64,000 nucleotides of DNA from Alphaproteobacteria bacterium GWF2_58_20 (GCA_001768735.1 MEMB01000007.1:106386-170385), one strand, 5' to 3'. Numbered from the stretch's first letter, positions 52,628-62,787 are shown. Program-made: numbers and translations. The notes: generated by a model from the sequence alone, not told the origin.

Positions 52628-52768
52628 TTCTTCTTTTGGACCATTTGTTTGCAAAGGTGCCGGGTATGCTGTCCGTCAAGGTGACAAAGGATTCCTTGGC
52701 TGCCTGCATCATGGCAAGACACCCATGTTTCGTCTGTCCATAACCTGTTGAGACATGACATCTAAGCT

Positions 52769-53410
52769 TCAGTTTTTGGTTTTCCAGCCTGTTCCATCAT
52801 GCCGGAAGGTGAGGATGTCGGCATTGCGGATGGGGCGTTCCTTGTATTGCGTCATGAAATCACGCATGGCATACGGTGTTGGTTTTTCGCTTGGGTTTTC
52901 CATCACCCAGCGCAGGGCGTTCAGGAAATAGGCGTGGCTGAAAAGGCATATCCGCGCCATGTGTTCTGCATGCAGGGCTTCCAGTTTGGTTTTGATCTGC
53001 GTGGCGTGTGCCATCAGGCGGGAAAAAGGTTCCGCTCCCTCGGCCGCAAAAACCGGGTCCGCCCTGTCCCAGTAGCTTTGTGCGATTTCCAGCCGCTCGG
53101 GCCGCAGGGCCTTGAGGCCATCCTGGCCAAGAAAGGAAAATTCCCGGATCAGCGGCCAGGTTTCATGCGGGATATTCGGCAGGGCTGCAATGGTGGGGGC
53201 TGCCGTTTGTTGCGCCCGCAGATAGGGGGAGACCGCAATCAGGTCCATGGGTCGGGCCGTGATGATGCGGCTGATGGCTCCGGCCTGGTTGTGGCCATGA
53301 TCTGTCAGGGGAATATCGGCCTCATTGTCCAGCGCTCCACCGGCATTTGCCCGGCTTTCGCCATGGCGGATGCCATGGACAAGCAGTTCTGGTACGGGCC
53401 TTTTTCCCAT
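52769..53410 (-). CDS. Histidine phosphatase family protein (phosphoglycerate-mutase-like), paralogue A
   Basis: RHG motif in LLVHGIRHGESRANAGG....ADIPLTDHGHNQA. Confidence 0.7.
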   Translation of the reverse strand: MGKRPVPELLVHGIRHGESRANAGGALDNEADIPLTDHGHNQAGAISRIITARPMDLIAVSPYLRAQQTAAPTIAALPNIPHETWPLIREFSFLGQDGLKALRPERLEIAQSYWDRADPVFAAEGAEPFSRLMAHATQIKTKLEALHAEHMARICLFSHAYFLNALRWVMENPSEKPTPYAMRDFMTQYKERPIRNADILTFRHDGTGWKTKN

Positions 53411-53412
53411 CG

Positions 53413-55404
53413 TTATTTAATGCCTGTCATGTGAGGTGGGGACGAAACAACCAAGGGATCAAGTTCTGTGGCATTGTCGCGGATGAAAGAGGCTCGGAAA
53501 TGGGTGGCATCCTTGAACAGTGGAGTGCCATCAGGCTCCGTGAAAAAGCACGTGTCGTCGGAGCAAATCCAGTTGGCTGGATCTATGACGGAAATGTCCA
53601 GGTTCTTTGCGATGTTTCTGATCTGGTCATTTATGGCGGCTGTGCGCTTTAGGTGTTCTTCCATCGTCACCGATTTCACTTCCGGTTTGCTGCTGAACCG
53701 CAAACGGATTGCCGCATCCATGGTTCCCGGGTCGGCACGTCCTCCGCCCGGAGGATGCAGGATGATGGAGATGTTCTTTCCAAGGGATTTCAGGCTGGCC
53801 AACGATTTTTCCAGGCGCATGAAGGTGCGGTCAAGGATGGCTGGGTCTGCAAAGTTGATGATCTTGGCATCGCGATCATCCAGTTCGTAGTAATCTCCAC
53901 GGGTGATAACGCCAAGCCAGGAGCCGCCAATCACGATATTTTCGATGTCCGGCCCTGCGGCGAGGCGGAAGCCCTGGTCAGCATGCTCCCCGCATTGCGG
54001 GTTGCTTTTTCTGGAAAACCCGGGAATGGGAGCGCATCCTGATGATGTGTGGAAAATTACGGTTTTGTGGGGAATATGTTGCGCGTCGAGATATGCGATT
54101 CTCGGATAAAGCTGCTGAATGTAACTGTCACCGAAGAACAGCGTGGTGCCGGGCAGGGAGCCTGGCGTGAAAGCCTTTTCATCGCCGGGGTATTTCCAGT
54201 CCCGCCGTGCCGTGATGAGCTGGGCCCGGAGGGAATGCAGCCTTTCCCGCACCCCTCCCTTGTGGATGGTGAGACCTATGCCGAAAAAGGCCAGCATGAT
54301 GAGGCTAAGGATGGTGATGATCCTGCGGGAATTTTGTGGTTTTTGGGCTGCCAGCCGCAGCGGTGTTTCCACCCAGCGATAGGTTGCCCATGCCAGAAGG
54401 GTCGCAGTTGCGGTCAGGATGATGCGTACGGTAACGGGCGGTATCTCTGGATAGAGGATGTGTGCGAAGGCATTCAGCGGCCAGTGCCACAGGTAAAGCG
54501 GATAGCTGATGAGCCCAATCCAGACCATCGCCTTGTTTGAGAGTATGTGGCGTGCAACCCATGTTTTCTGTCCCGTGCCGATCAGCAGGGTTGCGCCCAG
54601 GGTTGGCAGTAGAGCCCACCAGCCGGGGAAGCCCGCTTCCGGGGTTTTCAGGATGGCGATGGCGATGAGGGCGAGCCCAAGCGGAGCGGCGATTTCTCCT
54701 AGCTTGGCAGGAATGCGCACCGGTTTCTGTTGTGCGGCATCGGCGGCCATCCGTGTGTGGGACAGGATCACGGACGCCAGAATGCCCCCCATGATGAGTT
54801 CCCAGAACCGGGTACCGGGTAGGAAAAAGACACCGGACGGATAGGTTGCGACAAAGAGGATGTTGAAGAAGAAGGACACCACCATCAGGGTTGCGGCCAT
54901 GGCGATGAAGTGGATGCGTAGCCTGAAGATGATGGCGATCAGGAGAGGCCAGATGAAATAAAACTGTTCCTCGATGCCGAGCGACCACAGGTGGCGCAGG
55001 GGTTTCAGGTTTCCTTCGACGTCAAAATATCCGGATTCCGACCAAAGCGCGATGTTGGAGATGAAGCTGGCCGCGGCTGAGGTGTGCCAGCCGAGCTTTT
55101 GGAATTCATCCTCCAGCAGAATGGCCCAGCCGACGGCAAGGGTGGTGATCAGCACCAGGATCAATGCCGGAAACAGGCGTTTGATTCTCCGGGCGTAAAA
55201 AGCCCGGATGGAAAAGGTGGATGAGGCGATTTCCCGCAGCAGGATGCCAGAGATCAGGAAGCCGGAAATGACGAAGAAGATGTCCACTCCGACGAATCCG
55301 CCCGGCAACAGGGATGGAAAGTTGTGGAAGAGGATGACGGCCAGGATCGCGATGGCGCGTAGGCCGTCAATGTCCGGCCGGTATGACATGTGTTTGTCAT
55401 GCAT
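53413..55404 (-). CDS. Acyltransferase family 3 membrane protein with a C-terminal SGNH-like domain (OafA/YrhL-type O-acyltransferase)
   Basis: N-terminus YRPDIDGLRAIAILAVILFHNF....GGFVGVDIFFVISGFLI. About 10 TM segments, then a soluble C-terminal domain (FFGDSY...). Confidence 0.8.
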   Translation of the reverse strand: MHDKHMSYRPDIDGLRAIAILAVILFHNFPSLLPGGFVGVDIFFVISGFLISGILLREIASSTFSIRAFYARRIKRLFPALILVLITTLAVGWAILLEDEFQKLGWHTSAAASFISNIALWSESGYFDVEGNLKPLRHLWSLGIEEQFYFIWPLLIAIIFRLRIHFIAMAATLMVVSFFFNILFVATYPSGVFFLPGTRFWELIMGGILASVILSHTRMAADAAQQKPVRIPAKLGEIAAPLGLALIAIAILKTPEAGFPGWWALLPTLGATLLIGTGQKTWVARHILSNKAMVWIGLISYPLYLWHWPLNAFAHILYPEIPPVTVRIILTATATLLAWATYRWVETPLRLAAQKPQNSRRIITILSLIMLAFFGIGLTIHKGGVRERLHSLRAQLITARRDWKYPGDEKAFTPGSLPGTTLFFGDSYIQQLYPRIAYLDAQHIPHKTVIFHTSSGCAPIPGFSRKSNPQCGEHADQGFRLAAGPDIENIVIGGSWLGVITRGDYYELDDRDAKIINFADPAILDRTFMRLEKSLASLKSLGKNISIILHPPGGGRADPGTMDAAIRLRFSSKPEVKSVTMEEHLKRTAAINDQIRNIAKNLDISVIDPANWICSDDTCFFTEPDGTPLFKDATHFRASFIRDNATELDPLVVSSPPHMTGIK

Positions 55405-55457
55405 GGGGCGAGGTCTTTTTGCCGTTGCGGAGGATGTGGCGGGGTAGGGGTTTCATG

Positions 55458-56120
55458 TTAGAACGCCGGGGTTGGATACGGCTGCGATGCAAGGACGGAA
55501 GGCGTCTTGATCCGCCATGCCCGTCCGTCAAAGCTTGCGGTGAAGCCGGAGGCGTTCGGGATGGGATCATGCTTGTAATAGGCGTAGAAGGCCTGCATGG
55601 CGTCTGGTGTGATGTCGTCGATCCCTTGGGTGATCAGCCAGCGCAAGGCCAGGAAAAACTGGCAGTGACCAAAGGCCAGGATGGTTTTTTCGGAGGGGAG
55701 TGTTTCCAGCTTTTCCATGGTGGTGCGTATGCGTCCGATGAAGGCCGCAAAGGATTCCGCGCCTTCTCCATCGACATAATCTGGATCGGCTTTTTGCCAG
55801 TATTCCCGCACCCACGGTTTGCGGTCCTCCATGGTCGAACCGCCCCAGCGCTCGGCCAGCAGGGTGAATTCCTCGATGGGCCAGGTTTCCACTGGCACGT
55901 CCGGCAGGAGCGCCAGCGTGGGCTCTGCGGTTTGCCGGGCGCGGGAAAATGGTGAGCAGATGACGAGGTCGGGCGCGGTGGCGGCAAGCCTGGCGCTTAC
56001 GGCCCGGGCTTGCGCATGGCCAAGTTCCGTCAGCGGGATGCTGGCCGCATCGGAACTTACCCCTCCGGCATTGGCCACGCTTTGCCCATGCCGGATGCAG
56101 TGGATGACCAGTTCCTCCAT
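55458..56120 (-). CDS. Histidine phosphatase family protein, paralogue B
   Basis: Contains VIHCIRHGQSVANAGG....ASIPLTELGHAQA. Its ATG shares a base with the asnS stop (TGATG). Confidence 0.7.
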   Translation of the reverse strand: MEELVIHCIRHGQSVANAGGVSSDAASIPLTELGHAQARAVSARLAATAPDLVICSPFSRARQTAEPTLALLPDVPVETWPIEEFTLLAERWGGSTMEDRKPWVREYWQKADPDYVDGEGAESFAAFIGRIRTTMEKLETLPSEKTILAFGHCQFFLALRWLITQGIDDITPDAMQAFYAYYKHDPIPNASGFTASFDGRAWRIKTPSVLASQPYPTPAF

Positions 56121-57502
56121 CAGAACTCGGCCCAGCCGGGAACGCGCGGGAAGGGCGAGACGTCTCTAATGTTGGGAATGCCGGTCACCAGCATGAGCAG
56201 GCGCTCAAAGCCGAGTCCAAAGCCGGCATGCGGAACAGAGCCATATCTGCGCGAGTCAAGATACCAGCCATAATCATCCGGGTTGAGCCCCATTTTTTCC
56301 ATGCGGGCGGTGAGCCTGTCCATGCGCTCTTCGCGCTGGCTGCCGCCGATGAGTTCGCCGATGCCGGGCACCAGCACGTCCATGGCGGCGACGGTTTCGC
56401 CGTCCTCGTTCATGCGCATGTAGAAAGCCTTGATCTGTTCAGGGTAGTCGAACACGATGACCGGCCTCTTGAAGTGCTCCTCGGTGAGGAACTGTTCATG
56501 CTCGCTCTGCATGTCGCAGCCGAAAAACACGGGAAATTCAAACTTTTTGCCCGAGTTTTGCATGATCTCGATGGCTTCGCGGTAGGGCAGGCGGACGAAT
56601 TCGTTGCCTTCGATGTTTTTCAGTGTGTCCAGCAGGCCGGGGTTCACGAACTGGTTGAAAAGCGCGAGATCTTCGGCACAATGTTCCAGCGCATGGCGCA
56701 CAAGATGGCGCACGAAATCTTCGGCGAGCTGCATGTCGCCCTGAAGATCGCAGAAGGCCATTTCCGGCTCGATCATCCAGAATTCGGCGGCGTGGCGGCG
56801 GGTGTTGGAGTTTTCGGCGCGGAAGGTGGGGCCGAAAGTGTAGATGTCGCCAAGGGCCAGGGCGAACATTTCGCCTTCCAGCTGCCCGGAGACGGTGAGG
56901 TTGGCCGCTTTGCCGAAGAAATCCTGGCTGAAGTCGACCTTGCCGTCCTTCATGGGCGGGGTTTCAAGGTTGAGGGTGGTGACCTTGAACATTTCGCCTG
57001 CGCCTTCGCAGTCCGATGCGGTGATGATGGGGGTGTGGACGTAGCGGAAGCCGCGCCCGTGGAAAAAGTCATGCACGGCCCAAGCCATTTCCGAGCGAAT
57101 GCGGAAGGCGGCACCAAACTTGTTGGAACGCGGGCGCAGGTGGGCGATGGAACGCAGGAATTCGTCGGAATGGCGTTTTTTCTGCAAGGGGAAATCCTCG
57201 CCCGCGCCGCCCAGCAGGACGAGGTTTTCCGCGATGATTTCGAACTTCTGTCCCTGGCCTTGCGATTCCACCATTTTTCCGGTGACCTCGATGGCCGAAC
57301 CGGTGGTGATTTTCTTGATGTCCTCATAATTGGGGAGGGTGTCAGAGGCAATCACCTGAATGTTGCGCAGACAGGAGCCATCATTGAGTTCAATGAAGGA
57401 AAAGTCTTTGGCATCGCGTCGGGTACGAACCCAGCCCTTGGCCAGGACCTGCGGCATCGGTGTTTCGGACGCGAGGAGATGAAGGATTTTGGTGCGCTGC
57501 AT
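56120..57502 (-). CDS. asnS: Asparagine--tRNA ligase
   Basis: [69 protein letters not shown] matches the AsnRS pattern. Class II motif 3 is GFGLGFERL. Confidence 0.9.
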   Translation of the reverse strand: MQRTKILHLLASETPMPQVLAKGWVRTRRDAKDFSFIELNDGSCLRNIQVIASDTLPNYEDIKKITTGSAIEVTGKMVESQGQGQKFEIIAENLVLLGGAGEDFPLQKKRHSDEFLRSIAHLRPRSNKFGAAFRIRSEMAWAVHDFFHGRGFRYVHTPIITASDCEGAGEMFKVTTLNLETPPMKDGKVDFSQDFFGKAANLTVSGQLEGEMFALALGDIYTFGPTFRAENSNTRRHAAEFWMIEPEMAFCDLQGDMQLAEDFVRHLVRHALEHCAEDLALFNQFVNPGLLDTLKNIEGNEFVRLPYREAIEIMQNSGKKFEFPVFFGCDMQSEHEQFLTEEHFKRPVIVFDYPEQIKAFYMRMNEDGETVAAMDVLVPGIGELIGGSQREERMDRLTARMEKMGLNPDDYGWYLDSRRYGSVPHAGFGLGFERLLMLVTGIPNIRDVSPFPRVPGWAEF

Positions 57503-57563
57503 GGGAATGCCTCTTGGCTTTTGGGAAGAATAAAGACCAAAGGGCTATAGCAGATAGATGCTG

Positions 57564-58235
57564 TTACGGCAATATGACAATGGGGATTCCGGGCGATACC
57601 ATTTTCCAGATTTCGTCCATTTCGGCATTGGTCACGGCAATGCAGCCATCGGTCCAGTCTTCATAAGGATGGCCAACATAATCGGCGGAAATGTCATTGG
57701 GCAGGCCATGGATCATGATGGCACCGCCAGGGCTTGCCCCCAGCGCCCGGGCCCGGCTGACATCGTCCGGGCGGGGATAGGAAATGTGCAGGGCCTTGTA
57801 GAAATTGCTGGCGGCCCGTCGGGCGTCAATGGTGTAAAAACCTTCGGGGGTTCGGCCATCGCCTTCAAACACCTTGTGGCCGACAGGGGTTTTCCCGAGG
57901 GCCATCCGGAAAGACCGGATGATGCCGCCATCCTTCATCAGGCTGAGCGTGCGTGCGCCCTTGCGGACCAGAACCATGTCAGCCAACTTGGGCAAGGCTG
58001 TGGTGCGGATGTGGAATTTTGGAAAGCTTGAGGGGGTGCGGCTGGCAAGCTGCAGGCTTTCCGTTTTTGCGCCGCTGTCATCAATGGCGGCGGGCTGCAC
58101 CGCCTCCCGCATGCGTTGCATGCGCTGGCTGGCAAACACAAGATCGGGCGCGGCGGCATGCGCTGGCTGGCCCGCAAGGATAAATCCTGCTGCCATCACC
58201 AAAAAAAGCTTGCCGAGAAAGTGTCTCAAGGCCAA
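57564..58235 (-). CDS. YafK/DpaA-like L,D-transpeptidase-fold protein
   Basis: Signal peptide present. Contains HISYPRPDDVSRARALGASPGGAIMIHGLPN.......H.YEDWTDGCIAVTNAEMDEIWKMV, the YkuD catalytic Cys context as in the YafK family. Confidence 0.75.
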   Translation of the reverse strand: MALRHFLGKLFLVMAAGFILAGQPAHAAAPDLVFASQRMQRMREAVQPAAIDDSGAKTESLQLASRTPSSFPKFHIRTTALPKLADMVLVRKGARTLSLMKDGGIIRSFRMALGKTPVGHKVFEGDGRTPEGFYTIDARRAASNFYKALHISYPRPDDVSRARALGASPGGAIMIHGLPNDISADYVGHPYEDWTDGCIAVTNAEMDEIWKMVSPGIPIVILP

Positions 58236-58247
58236 TAATCCCCGTCC

Positions 58248-59183
58248 ATGAAGAATGTTCTTTCATATAAGCGGGTTTTGGCCGTCTTGTCAAAGCTGCT
58301 GGTTGCATGGCTGTCCTGCGTCTGCGGCATGGCCATGGCGGCATCGCCTCCATCCATTGGAAAAATCCGGGTCCATGAAGCGGCGTATGAAGATACGCTG
58401 GTGGATATGGCCCGGGCGGAAAACCTGGGGTATGTGGAAATGCGGGCCGCCAATCCGGATGCGGATCCGTGGCTGCCAGGCGCAGGAACCAAACTGGTAT
58501 TGCCCCAGGAACACCTGTTGCCGGATGGCGCGCGCGAAGGCATCCTCATCAACCTGCCGGACATGCGGCTGTATTATTTTCCGGAAAAGGACGGGATTCC
58601 GGTGTCGTGGCCCATCGGCATCGGGGCCGATGGCCTTTTAACGCCGATTGGCAGCACCACGGTGGTGCGCAAGATGGCAGGGCCCAGCTGGCGGCCAACG
58701 GCGGAAAAACGTGCCCGTGACCCGTCGGTTCCCGATGTGGTGGGGCCGGGGCCTGACAATCCGCTGGGGGCGTATGCGCTGTATCTGGGCTGGCCCACCT
58801 ATCTCATTCATGGCACCAACAAACCCCTCGGGGTGGGGCGTCGGGTGTCCAGCGGCTGCATCCGCATGTATCCGGAAGCCATCGAGGCGTTGTTTGCCAA
58901 GGTAGCGCCCGGAACGAAGGTGATGGTGGTGAACCAGCCGGTGAAAATGGCCTTCAAGGGGGGCGAACTGTTCATGGAAGCGCATCCCAGCCTGATCCAG
59001 GCGGATGCCGTGGAGGCGCAGGGACGTTTCATTCCTGAAGTTCCGGAAGGGTTCATGAAGAGGGTGATTTCGATGGCGGGGGATGCCGCGCCCCGGCTGG
59101 ACTGGCCACTTGTCCGGCAGGTGATCCGTGAACGGCGGGGGTATCCGGTGAAAATCACGCAGTCCGCATCCATTGGGCCCTGA
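58248..59183 (+). CDS. L,D-transpeptidase of the ErfK/YbiS/YcfS/YnhG type
   Basis: Contains REGILINLPDMRLYYFP...PIGIG....TP.G.T.V..K...PSWRPT...R......P..V.PGPDNPLGAYALYLG...YLIHGTNKPLGVGRRVSSGCIRMYPEAIEALF. Confidence 0.85.
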   Translation: MKNVLSYKRVLAVLSKLLVAWLSCVCGMAMAASPPSIGKIRVHEAAYEDTLVDMARAENLGYVEMRAANPDADPWLPGAGTKLVLPQEHLLPDGAREGILINLPDMRLYYFPEKDGIPVSWPIGIGADGLLTPIGSTTVVRKMAGPSWRPTAEKRARDPSVPDVVGPGPDNPLGAYALYLGWPTYLIHGTNKPLGVGRRVSSGCIRMYPEAIEALFAKVAPGTKVMVVNQPVKMAFKGGELFMEAHPSLIQADAVEAQGRFIPEVPEGFMKRVISMAGDAAPRLDWPLVRQVIRERRGYPVKITQSASIGP

Positions 59184-59216
59184 CCGCAGACCTTTCCAAG
59201 ACAGCAGGGCATCATG

Positions 59217-59256
59217 AAAAAACCACGCCGGACCCAAAGGTTCAGCGTGGTTTTTG
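59217..59256. terminator. Bidirectional rho-independent terminator between the L,D-transpeptidase (+) and the lipoprotein gene (-)
   Basis: An A6 run, then stem aaccacgc ... gcgtggtt (16-nt loop with further partial pairing), then a T5 run. Confidence 0.6.
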
Positions 59257-59316
59257 TCTTTTTGGAAAGATGCGGTTTCCCTTATGGGACCTGCGTCTTT
59301 CCACAGGTCATGGAAA

Positions 59317-59586
59317 TTACTTCCGAAGGCCCTTCTGGAAAACGCGGTCAGCCTTTTCCGAGGCAGACTTGGCCATGGCAGCAGCCATGTTGGCCTTTTC
59401 GACGGCGGCGGCGGCAGACTGGGCGGCGTTTTCAGCCGACATGGCGGCCATTTCGGCAGCGGCCTTGGCGTCCTGTGACTGGGCGCTGATCTGTTCGATC
59501 ATGGCGCGGTCTTCGGTGGTCAGGCCGGAGCATGCCGAAAGGGCAGCAACGGAAGCGATCATCGCAACAGTGGCAAACTTGTTCAT
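59317..59586 (-). CDS. OprI/Lpp-like alanine-zipper outer-membrane lipoprotein with a C-terminal Lys
   Basis: 89 aa from the ATG at 59586. Lipobox VAALSAC. The body is an Ala-rich helix. The C-terminus EKADRVFQKGLRK parallels my recollection of Pseudomonas OprI (...RALRMLEKASRK) and E. coli Lpp (...YRK). Confidence 0.7.
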   Translation of the reverse strand: MNKFATVAMIASVAALSACSGLTTEDRAMIEQISAQSQDAKAAAEMAAMSAENAAQSAAAAVEKANMAAAMAKSASEKADRVFQKGLRK

Positions 59587-59654
59587 GGGAATGGTTCCTC
59601 TTTTCAGATGTTGAAGCGAGGGCCTCCCCCCGCGAGTTCCTAATATACCTGAGT

Positions 59655-60890
59655 TCAACCCAGGTTGGCAAGGCGGTCTATGCGCTTTTGCGTGGGCGGG
59701 TGGGTGGAGAAGAGTGCGAGCGACATTCCCGAAAACTTTGCGTAAGGGTTGATGAAGTACATATGTTGGAAGGCTTCGCTTGATCCCATGAAGGTGCCGT
59801 TGGGCGCGTCTATTTTCTGCAGGGCACCAATGAGCCCCTTGGGATTCCGGGTCAGCTGCACGGATGTGGCGTCTGCCATGTATTCACGCTGGCGGGAAAT
59901 GGCCGCCTGCAGGATCTTGGCAATGATGGGGGCCAGAATGGCAATGAAAAGATAAAGGATGATGATGACCAGCAGCGCTCCCCCGCCCTTGCCGCCGCGC
60001 CGGCTGCCGCCTCTTGGAACAAGGAGCCGGGGCGCCTGTCGCATGAGGCTGCCAAGGATCAGCAGGATGCCAACCGCCACGGCCAGCATGGTGGCATAAC
60101 GGATGTCCGCATTGACGATGTGCCCGGTTTCATGCCCCACCACGCCCTGCAGTTCCTCGCGGTTCAGCTTGCGCAACAGGCCTCTTGTGACGGCAATGGC
60201 CGATTTGCTTGGCGACATGCCGGTGGCAAAGGCGTTGAGACCCTCGCTTTCAATGATGAAGACGCGGGGTTTGGAAATGCCGGCTGCCAAGGCCATTTCT
60301 GTCACCACATTGTCGAGCATGGGATGTTCATCATGGGTGATTTCGTGGGCGCCGGAAATTTTGAGCACCACCTTGTCGCCAAACAGGAATGCGTAAAAGA
60401 TCCAGAGGATGCTGAGCCCGCCAAGGATGCCCGCGCCCAGGAGCTTGGGCATGGTCAGGGCCGTGAAGGGAGGTGGCGTTGCGGAAAGGTTGATGACATG
60501 CCCGGCAAAGCGGGGATCATATTGCTTTGTCAGGAAGGGGTAAAAGAAACTGTTTTCTATGATGGCGCCGATGGCATAACCAACGCTGCCCAGCAGCAGG
60601 ATGAACAGGATGCCCAGCAGGAGGGTGTTGCGCCGGTTTTTGGCAATGGCACCAAAAAAGTCGGTGCGCAGGATGCGCGGGCCCGGCGGCGGATTGAGTG
60701 TGTCATTGAGGATTTGCACCTCACGCAGCTCTTCCGGGGATGCCGAAGGCTCTTTTTTGGGAAAGGTGTTTGCACCGTTTCCTTGCACAGGTCCCCACGG
60801 GCCAGCCCGCAGCCGCTGCGTTTCCAGCGTGGAAACGGCGGCCGTGGCGTTTGGCAGGGGGATGTCATCCCATGGCGAGATGCGGGTCAT
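59655..60890 (-). CDS. M48-family (HtpX-like) zinc metalloprotease
   Basis: HExxH in VVGHETGHIVN, flanked by TM segments. It lies downstream of lemA, a common pairing. Confidence 0.8.
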   Translation of the reverse strand: MTRISPWDDIPLPNATAAVSTLETQRLRAGPWGPVQGNGANTFPKKEPSASPEELREVQILNDTLNPPPGPRILRTDFFGAIAKNRRNTLLLGILFILLLGSVGYAIGAIIENSFFYPFLTKQYDPRFAGHVINLSATPPPFTALTMPKLLGAGILGGLSILWIFYAFLFGDKVVLKISGAHEITHDEHPMLDNVVTEMALAAGISKPRVFIIESEGLNAFATGMSPSKSAIAVTRGLLRKLNREELQGVVGHETGHIVNADIRYATMLAVAVGILLILGSLMRQAPRLLVPRGGSRRGGKGGGALLVIIILYLFIAILAPIIAKILQAAISRQREYMADATSVQLTRNPKGLIGALQKIDAPNGTFMGSSEAFQHMYFINPYAKFSGMSLALFSTHPPTQKRIDRLANLG

Positions 60891-60904
60891 GGCATGATGT
60901 CCGC

Positions 60905-61468
60905 TTATTTAATGGAGAGATCCACCTTGGGGGCTTCGCGTTCGGCCGGGTTTTCCAGCGCGAAATACTCTTCTGGCGTGAAGCGGAACATTCCCGCAAA
61001 GATGTTGGCCGGGAACACCTGGATGCGGGTGTTGTAACGCATCACCGTGTCATTGTAGTGCTGCCGCGTGAAGGAAACCTGGTTTTCGGTGGTTGAGAGT
61101 TCTTCCATCAGGCGGGCGATATTCGCCTGCGCCTTGAGGTCGGGATAGGATTCCACCAGTGCCATGAGCTTGCTGAGCATGCCGCCCAGTTCCCCTTCCG
61201 CCTTCGAGACTTCAGCCGGGGTTTTTGCACCCATGGCGGCGCTGCGGGCGTTGATGACCTTTTCCAGCGTTTCCTGTTCATAGGTCATGCTGCCCTTGAC
61301 GGCATTCACCAGGTTGGGAATGAGGTCGTAGCGGCGCTTGAGCTGGACATCCACCTGTTTCCAGGCAGCCTTGGTCATGTTGCGCAGGGTCACGAGGCTG
61401 TTGTAGATGCCGATGGCGTAAAGGACGACAAGGGCGAGGACGCCCAGCACAATCCAGGTCGGGTTCAT
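60905..61468 (-). CDS. lemA: LemA family protein
   Basis: N-terminal TM segment, then YNSLV.L.......W.QVDVQLKRRYDLIPNLV..VKG...YE..TLE.V..AR. Confidence 0.85.
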   Translation of the reverse strand: MNPTWIVLGVLALVVLYAIGIYNSLVTLRNMTKAAWKQVDVQLKRRYDLIPNLVNAVKGSMTYEQETLEKVINARSAAMGAKTPAEVSKAEGELGGMLSKLMALVESYPDLKAQANIARLMEELSTTENQVSFTRQHYNDTVMRYNTRIQVFPANIFAGMFRFTPEEYFALENPAEREAPKVDLSIK

Positions 61469-61473
61469 GGGAG

Positions 61474-62787
61474 TTATCCTTTCGTTTTTGTTTCTTCAGG
61501 AGCTTCTGCGCGTTGCAGTACAGCGGCAAAGAAGCCATCTGTCTTGTGCAGGTGCGGAAGCATTTTGAGATGGGGCGATGTCGGGCATTCCGCCCAGACA
61601 TCCTGTGTATTCACCAGCGTGAAAGCCGGGTTCTTTTCAAGGAAGGCGGTGACCTGATCCTCGTTTTCGCGCGGCAGCAGCGAACAGGTGGCGTAAACAA
61701 GACGTCCGCCGGGTTTCACAAGGCGGGCGGCGCTTTCCAGAATACGTGCCTGAATGGAGGTGATTTCATCAAGCGCCGGGCCAAGGGGTTTCCACCGGCT
61801 GTCCGGGTTGCGACGCCATGTGCCGGTGCCGGAGCAGGGGGCATCCACCAGCACGCGGTCAAACGAGAGCTTGTGGTGTTTGATCCATGGGTCTGTTTCA
61901 CTCTTGAGGGGCTTGGTTTCAATATTGAAGGCGCCGGCCCGGCGGAAACGCTCCTTGGCGCGCACCAGGCGGCGATCCAGCACATCGGCGGCAATGAGTC
62001 GGCCCTTGTTGTTCATGGTGGCGGCAAGGCCAAGGGTTTTTCCGCCTGCCCCTGCGCAAACATCAGCTACCATCATGCCGGGCTTTGCATCCACCAGCAG
62101 GGCGATGAGCTGGGAGCCTTCATCCTGGATTTCCACTTGGCCATCCTCAAATTCCGGCCATGTGGCGACGGCCGGACGCCCCATGATTCGCAGGCCCCAG
62201 GGGGAATAAGGCGTGGCTTCGGCCGGAATGCCGTGCTTGCGCAGGGAAGCCAGCAGCTTTTCGCGGGTGGTTTTGAGGGTGTTGGTGCGCAGGTCGAGCG
62301 GGGCGGGTTCCGTCATGGCCGAAAGAGCCGGGACAAAATCCTTGCCAAGTGCCTGACGCATGTCGGCTTCGGCCCATGGCGGGCATTCGGCGCGCACCGA
62401 ATCGGGCATGTGCCGGTCCACCAGTTTTTTGCCGGAGAGCGCCTTGAGAAGTTTCATTTCGCCATCGCCCATTTCGGCGGGGGCGAATTTTGCGCCGCTG
62501 AAAATCCCGGTCACTTCTTCGGGCGGGCGGCATTCGCCCACCAGGATGTTGGCAATGAGCAGGCTGCGCGGCAGGACGGGAACCCCGCAGGATTCAATAT
62601 GCCAGGCCAGTCGCGCCTTGCGACGCAGGATGGCATAGAAGGTTCCGGCAATGTCGGTGCGGTCCTTGCTGCCGATATAGCGATGGTTGCGGAAATAGGC
62701 GCTGGCGATGGAATCAGCCGGCTTTGGCGTGGCGTCAAGGGCCGTCAGGAGTTCAATGGTGGCCTGGATGCGCGCTGCGGGTGTCAT
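61474..62787 (-). CDS. rsmB: 16S rRNA (cytosine-C5)-methyltransferase RsmB/Sun-like
   Basis: NusB-like N-terminal domain plus a NOL1/NOP2/Sun catalytic domain: VADVCAGAGGKT, FDRVLVDAPCSGTGTWRRNPD and LVYATCSL. Confidence 0.8.
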   Translation of the reverse strand: MTPAARIQATIELLTALDATPKPADSIASAYFRNHRYIGSKDRTDIAGTFYAILRRKARLAWHIESCGVPVLPRSLLIANILVGECRPPEEVTGIFSGAKFAPAEMGDGEMKLLKALSGKKLVDRHMPDSVRAECPPWAEADMRQALGKDFVPALSAMTEPAPLDLRTNTLKTTREKLLASLRKHGIPAEATPYSPWGLRIMGRPAVATWPEFEDGQVEIQDEGSQLIALLVDAKPGMMVADVCAGAGGKTLGLAATMNNKGRLIAADVLDRRLVRAKERFRRAGAFNIETKPLKSETDPWIKHHKLSFDRVLVDAPCSGTGTWRRNPDSRWKPLGPALDEITSIQARILESAARLVKPGGRLVYATCSLLPRENEDQVTAFLEKNPAFTLVNTQDVWAECPTSPHLKMLPHLHKTDGFFAAVLQRAEAPEETKTKG

